This document shows positions 61,314 to 64,000 of a DNA stretch of 64,000 bases, in pieces. Origin of the DNA: Paraphysomonas bandaiensis (lineage: Eukaryota > Protista > Chrysophyceae); the NCBI GenBank assembly GCA_965644295.1, contig CBFFRP010000327.1, forward strand, positions 34,919 to 98,918. Direction: 5' to 3'. The notes beneath the pieces were generated by a model, which saw only the letters and a program-made list of their open reading frames with translations, had not been told where the DNA came from and did not search any database. The position numbers and the translations under genes are program-made. How positions within the stretch are numbered: position 1 is the stretch's first letter; the number at the start of each line of letters is the position of its first letter.

Positions 61314-64000
61314 AGTCAACAAGTGATGTGCTAGCGAGAGGAAGCAATCGAACATAATTATATATAGTATAATTAAGTGAGATGTAGAATGAACTATCTA
61401 GACACAAACTCAACCATCGTACGTGTAACTGATACCATCGTACGTATGCACGCATCATCGTACCTATGTACAATGTGTAACCGTACATGTACCTACATGA
61501 TCGTACCTATGTACAGTGTGGAAGTACGTAAGTACGCAGTACATAATGGAATGAAGAGGAATGAAGAGAAGCGACGGAGCTCATACTCCAACTCTCCCCC
61601 TAGGTCCAAAGCTACTCTTCATGACATGAAATGACATGAAAGAAAACAAGAATGAGCTAAATACTGAGATGTATACTGAAAATAGAATAGATACTGAAAA
61701 CCCGAAAAGAAAACCATGATAGTATGATGGATGCATGGGAAAACAAAAGGGAAAGTATCCAACAATAGAATATATATACCATAACTATAAGATATAGTGT
61801 GTGCAGAGGACCAGATGGGGCATACCATCTACGAGTCATACACTCCCACTAATATAATATATAGGTAATGACATATGTATATATAATATATGTATATATA
61901 TATATACTGATATTATGAACACAACGGTCATCGTATCGTAGAACCACTATAGTTCTGAAGAAGTCAAACACAAACTTCAAAGCAAATCAATCCACGCTAT
62001 GACAACATACGAGGTTCATATGGAGTAGACGAAGAATTGAATCAACTATATATGCTTGTAATATTGCCTGACATGGTTAAACAAACCAAATATAGTATCA
62101 TAGCATCATATATATTATAGCTAATATGAATTGAAAAATGTAAATAAATACTCATAAGTATATGATACTTACTTGATAATGCAAAACAATGCACAACAGG
62201 TGAATCTTAATGATTATAATCAATATAGTATTATATACCTGTCACCTTGAAATGCTTGAAAATCATGAACAGCTGATGAAAATGTTTTCTGTTGAATGTC
62301 TACATGACAACAATGAAAGAACAGATGAAACATATTAAAATCACTGGACTATAGGACCAGGTAAAATACAAACGCTGAACTGATAATTGCATATATCGCA
62401 TGAAAGTGCGCAATGCAGATTAAGATAATCGATGCCTCTATAATAGTAGGGCAGCAGAGACATAGCTCTGATTGTGAGGCTGTTCTACCTGTGGAACAAA
62501 ACCAGCACTATTCCATACTTGTGGAAATAAAAGATATATATATGCCTGCCTTTTATAATGATAAGGGGCTAAAATATGATATGCCTGCCATAAATAGGGG
62601 GCAATAATAATATAAGATGCCTGCCTTGTATAGGGGCAATGAACTGATATGCCTGCCTTACCAATGAGGGGGCTGTACCATTTGAATATAAAATGCCTGC
62701 TAATGAGCGGCAATAATATGACTGTGAATCCGACTGCTGTGCCCTATGCGGGGAGCTTGTCGACACGTCAAATGAATCTGATTCATCACAGATAACTCAA
62801 TATTGGGAGGTGCTGTTCTCTCAACCAAATCATCATCGGGAGGTATACAAGCTCCTTCAACCATTTACTAGACGGTGAAGAGATCAATACTCAACAACAC
62901 ATCATATAACGATAGATAAAGACATATGTATGTCATGGTTGGAATGCTCTACTGAAGGCTGAAAAATACAATACGCCAACGGAGCCACAACATATGGTAT
63001 ATAACCATCATAACAACATCTGATACATCATCAGAGAAAAGGAGCAGACGAAGAGAATAAAATCCACATAATATATAAGCTGCTGATGAACAGAGCACAT
63101 TCTCTTTGAATAACAGGTTTGAGTACAAACTGGTGCACAATGAAACCCTTGTGGATAAGGTAAAGTACTTCATCATCGTCGAACACTCAAGGAATAACTC
63201 TCGTTGAATAAAGAGAAGAATATCCATGCTCTCAAACACAACTGCTGTGCGAGGCTAACATATGACTCACAACAAGCGATCTCTTACTGCAGGGTTGACT
63301 CCCTGAGAAGACAAAATATACGAGTCAAGGAAAGAATATTCACAGCCATCAACATGAAGTCTAACCACTCCTGGTGTATCACCGGACAAAGCGTCTCAAG
63401 GTGTCAAAATCAGCACACATGGTGGAGACAAGTCATCAAAATCAGATTGGCTGGAATGGACATGTGCATTAGTGTATACACTGTCATATCTGTAATTTCA
63501 TATATAGAAGTGGTATATGTATATAGATATCCACATAGAAGCATATACAAGCATGCACAGAGGCTGCTGAATCAAAAGTGCTTCACACGAACGTCAACAA
63601 CAAGCCGAGACAACCGTATAAAGGTACGTTAACGGGTCAATGAATACGTTACGTGATATTGGCTGTATAAGAAGCAAGAAGCCATAGTGAAAGAAAGGAA
63701 GGTAAAACGGAATCATCCGCTACCAAGTCAACAAGTGATGTGCTAGCGAGAGGAAGCAATCGAACATAATTATATATAGTATAATTAAGTGAGATGTAGA
63801 ATGAACTTTCTAGACACAAACTCAACCATCGTACGTGTAACTGATACCATCGTACGTATGCACGCATCATCGTACCTATGTACAATGTGTAACCGTACAT
63901 GTACCTACATGATCGTACCTGTGTACAGTGTGGAAGTACGTAAGTACGCAGTACATAATGGAATGAAGAGGAATGAAGAGAAGCGACGGAGCTCATACTC
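61314..64000 (-). mobile_element. Non-coding (LARD/TRIM-like) LTR element B, sister subfamily of element A; LTRs 61314-61593 and 63726 to beyond the window end
   Basis: 280-bp LTR (AGT...ACT) and a second copy cut about 5 nt short by the window edge, with 2 differences seen. Same PBS; PPT AGGGGGAG; blocks shared with element A; no long ORF. Confidence 0.9.
62535..62720. repeat. Degenerate tandem repeat ATGCCTGCC-N(7-15)-AGGGGC, about 5 units, inside element B
   Basis: Units near 62542, 62581, 62617, 62649 and 62693; one unit is nearly identical to 55007-55042 in element A. Confidence 0.75.

Noticed and set aside
61294-61488. N-terminal 65 aa of the 292-aa lipase ORF in the track
   Set aside because: Mostly LTR sequence read in frame; the same text recurs in the other LTR (63649-63996 ORF).
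62535-62720. Repeat-spacer pattern resembling CRISPR
   Set aside because: Units are degenerate and variable in length, inside an LTR element; a minisatellite-type amplification.

Overview
Eukaryotic (protist) genomic DNA with short GT-AG introns of about 45-60 nt; a stramenopile/chrysophyte-like host is my inference. The window opens with the 3' end of a Ty1/Copia element (1-1775). From about 2.2 to 52.8 kb it is gene-dense: delta24-sterol reductase, HAD hydrolase, RME-8/DNAJC13 with a C-terminal PDZ, MORN protein, PH protein, KIN17, cytosolic carboxypeptidase, a saccharopine-dehydrogenase-like/DUF4166-like/DCC1 triple fusion, ZUP1-like peptidase, MRS2 Mg transporter, tRNA-Ile(UAU), ATG1-like kinase and two unknown genes. 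Between the genes lie hAT non-autonomous elements, LINE remnants, a dispersed repeat with compensatory base changes (a probable structured RNA), and two long perfect (CATA)n arrays in divergent promoters. The last 10 kb (54-64 kb) is a nested mobile-element island. An AT-rich, intronless Polinton-like-virus/virophage-type fragment (fibre-like protein, Zn-finger microprotein, class-3 lipase) is interrupted by a piggyBac-like element. It is bracketed by two related non-autonomous Copia-derived LTR elements that have unusual AGT...ACT termini, a tRNA-iMet PBS and an identical 51-nt 3'-UTR hairpin. All family assignments come from motif recognition by eye; no database search was run.
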